Shown here in pieces: positions 30,514-32,000 of a stretch of DNA of 32,000 bases. The DNA is taken from the NCBI RefSeq assembly GCF_000025945.1, contig NC_006139.1:60001-92000 (forward strand). Reading direction: 5' to 3'. Every line of letters starts with the position of its first letter. Position 1 is the stretch's first letter. The notes under the pieces were generated by a model. The model saw only the letters and a list, made by a program, of their open reading frames with translations, ran no database searches and was not told the origin of the DNA. Origin of the DNA: Desulfotalea psychrophila LSv54 (GTDB lineage: Bacteria > Desulfobacterota > Desulfobulbia > Desulfobulbales > Desulfocapsaceae). Position numbers and translations under genes: made by a program.

Positions 30514-31570
30514 AATAAATATTTTTCAATTTATTTATTACAATATCTGGATAATAATTTTTAATTATTTCTTTTGATGTTTGGCCATATTTATCTATAA
30601 GTTCTGGATTGTTAATGAAAAAATCGATTGCCATTTCTATTTTATTTTTGCTTTGAGGTGCAATTAAGAGGCCATTTTTATGTGGAATTACAATATCTGG
30701 TATTCCACCTACTTTTGTAGCTATTATACAACAATTATAGCTCATTGCTTCTAATATTGATATAGGCATAGCTTCCATATAAGATGGTAAAATAAAAATA
30801 TTACACCAATTTAGTAAATTTATTTTTTTAGTTCCAGTTACCCATCCTTTGTATTGAATAATATTTTGTATGTGGTTATTTTTTATTATATTGTTTAATT
30901 TGTATATTTCTTTATCACCACCAATTTTTAGTGATACGATATCTTTGTATTTAGATTTGTTTTCTATTATTGTTTGCACTAGATCAAAAATGCCTTTTTG
31001 TTTTATGATATTTCCGAGGAATAATAGTCTTATCTTAGGAGCGTATATATGAGTCTTATTGTCTAATACCGGATAGTTTATTATATTATTTAATACATAT
31101 ATTTTAGTTTCATCTATACCTAGAGAAACAAACCAGTTTTGCCAATTATTTGATAGTACTATAAGTCTATGGCAAGAATTTAAAGCTCTAAGAATATTGC
31201 ATTTATTTCTTGATGAATTGTAAAATTCTATAAATCCTCCTCCGTGAATGTGGATAATTATCTTTTTATTAAATAAATTCCCTAATTTTATTAATAAAGA
31301 AATTCTTTTGAAAGACGAATTAGACGCACTATGAAAATGTAAAATTTTAATTTTTTTTCTGAATACTAAAATGAAAAATAAACAAACATAAGCCTTGATA
31401 AAGATCAAAATTTTATATAGTAAGTTACTGTCTGCCCAAGTAGTAATATATTGCAAATGCTCAAAGATTTTATCATAATTTTGAATTACTGATGCCATAC
31501 CGCCTTTAGCATTTTTTTTATAATTTACGCCAATCATTAATACTTTATTTGATAATTTTTTATTAATCAT
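30488..31570 (-). CDS. Family 4 (GT-B, Glycos_transf_1) glycosyltransferase.
   Basis: ..GGMASVI.., ..HIHGGGF.., ..FILPSYMEAMPISILEAMSYNCCIIATKVGGIPDIVIPHKNGLLI.. carry the EX7E-type motif. The gene is very AT-rich and co-oriented with the ATP-grasp gene. Confidence 0.8.
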   Translation of the reverse strand: MINKKLSNKVLMIGVNYKKNAKGGMASVIQNYDKIFEHLQYITTWADSNLLYKILIFIKAYVCLFFILVFRKKIKILHFHSASNSSFKRISLLIKLGNLFNKKIIIHIHGGGFIEFYNSSRNKCNILRALNSCHRLIVLSNNWQNWFVSLGIDETKIYVLNNIINYPVLDNKTHIYAPKIRLLFLGNIIKQKGIFDLVQTIIENKSKYKDIVSLKIGGDKEIYKLNNIIKNNHIQNIIQYKGWVTGTKKINLLNWCNIFILPSYMEAMPISILEAMSYNCCIIATKVGGIPDIVIPHKNGLLIAPQSKNKIEMAIDFFINNPELIDKYGQTSKEIIKNYYPDIVINKLKNIYYDLLKEDK

Positions 31571-32000
31571 ATTTTTTTTATAAATTTCTTATCTCCTTAA
31601 TTTCTTGTACTGAAAAGTAAAGCACAAGAAACCTGTCCCTTACGTTGAAGGGAGCATCTGATCGTGCTGGGACGCCTCTTGACAGGCAACGATTTTGCGA
31701 TTTTTTGCTCCAGATCTGCCATCAAGGGCTTATCCACTCAAGATAGCGAAGAACCACATCATTTATGCCAAATACAAAACTCCCATAATATGGGTCGTGA
31801 TGTCAAAACGTTGAAGGTGTGGTAGATTGTGATTTTTTTTAAGGTTCTGATATGGCTACATGTCTTGCCGTTTTTGCAGTGGTACTGATGAGGTAGGTCG
31901 CCATGGGTAGTAATGGAAATCGAAGGTGACTCTGGTACGCATGGAACCACGCTGAGGATTATCAAACCTGCTTTTAGGATTGTTGACACCTTTCGGTATA

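Noticed and set aside
31759-31989. Track ORF of 76 aa on the minus strand. It contains ..HQYHCKNGKTCS.., which briefly suggested an IS1595/IS1-type zinc-ribbon fragment.
   Set aside because: There is no proper CxxC pairs pattern and no further transposase similarity. Two other frames are also open at this window edge, so it is unresolvable without more sequence.
1-32000. A whole-window look for reverse transcriptases (DGR, retron, group II intron), cas genes or CRISPR arrays, integrases/recombinases, toxin-antitoxin pairs, rRNA, tRNA and tmRNA.
   Set aside because: I recognised none in any listed ORF or in the intergenic regions I read. The repetitiveness of tpsA is ordinary beta-helix coil repetition, with no template/variable repeat pair or nearby RT that would indicate a DGR.

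Overview
This is a 32-kb mosaic region from a diderm bacterium; I cannot determine the taxon by eye. It has three parts.

(1) nt 1-11997, minus strand. One giant open reading frame is missing from the supplied ORF track because it runs off the left edge. Its N-terminus (ATG at 11997) is a clear two-partner-secretion TPS/haemagglutination-activity domain, followed by more than 3,600 codons of Gly/Thr/Asn/Ala/Ser/Val-rich beta-helix repeats. The + strand ORFs listed between 61 and 11365 are antisense artefacts.

(2) About 12.05-19.13 kb. A plasmid-like mobilisable island with no integrase in view. It contains:
- an RP4-TraI-like relaxase plus a MobC-like accessory gene, with a candidate oriT;
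- a T-rich, strand-asymmetric block;
- a ~190-bp direct repeat, each copy carrying 3 x 24-bp iteron-like units, that brackets a three-gene operon (XRE HTH regulator, ABC/AAA_21-type ATPase, DUF4276/TOPRIM-like protein). This operon is my best candidate for a novel defence-type system;
- a terminator-like structured RNA element;
- a winged-helix replication-initiator-like gene;
- an IS1595 transposase stub.

(3) 19.1-32 kb. A surface-polysaccharide locus: galE, galU, ugd, a frameshifted VanZ-like gene, an Alg14/Alg13-like split glycosyltransferase, a TupA-like ATP-grasp amidoligase and a GT4 glycosyltransferase. It is broken up by IS debris:
- nested IS66 <- IS3 <- IS903-like insertions;
- an internally deleted IS903-like copy;
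- a 215-bp MITE derivative;
- a RAYT/Y1-transposase pseudogene interrupted by an apparently intact IS481-family element.

I recognised no rRNA, tRNA, CRISPR array, reverse transcriptase or integrase. All homology statements come from reading the translations, not from database searches.
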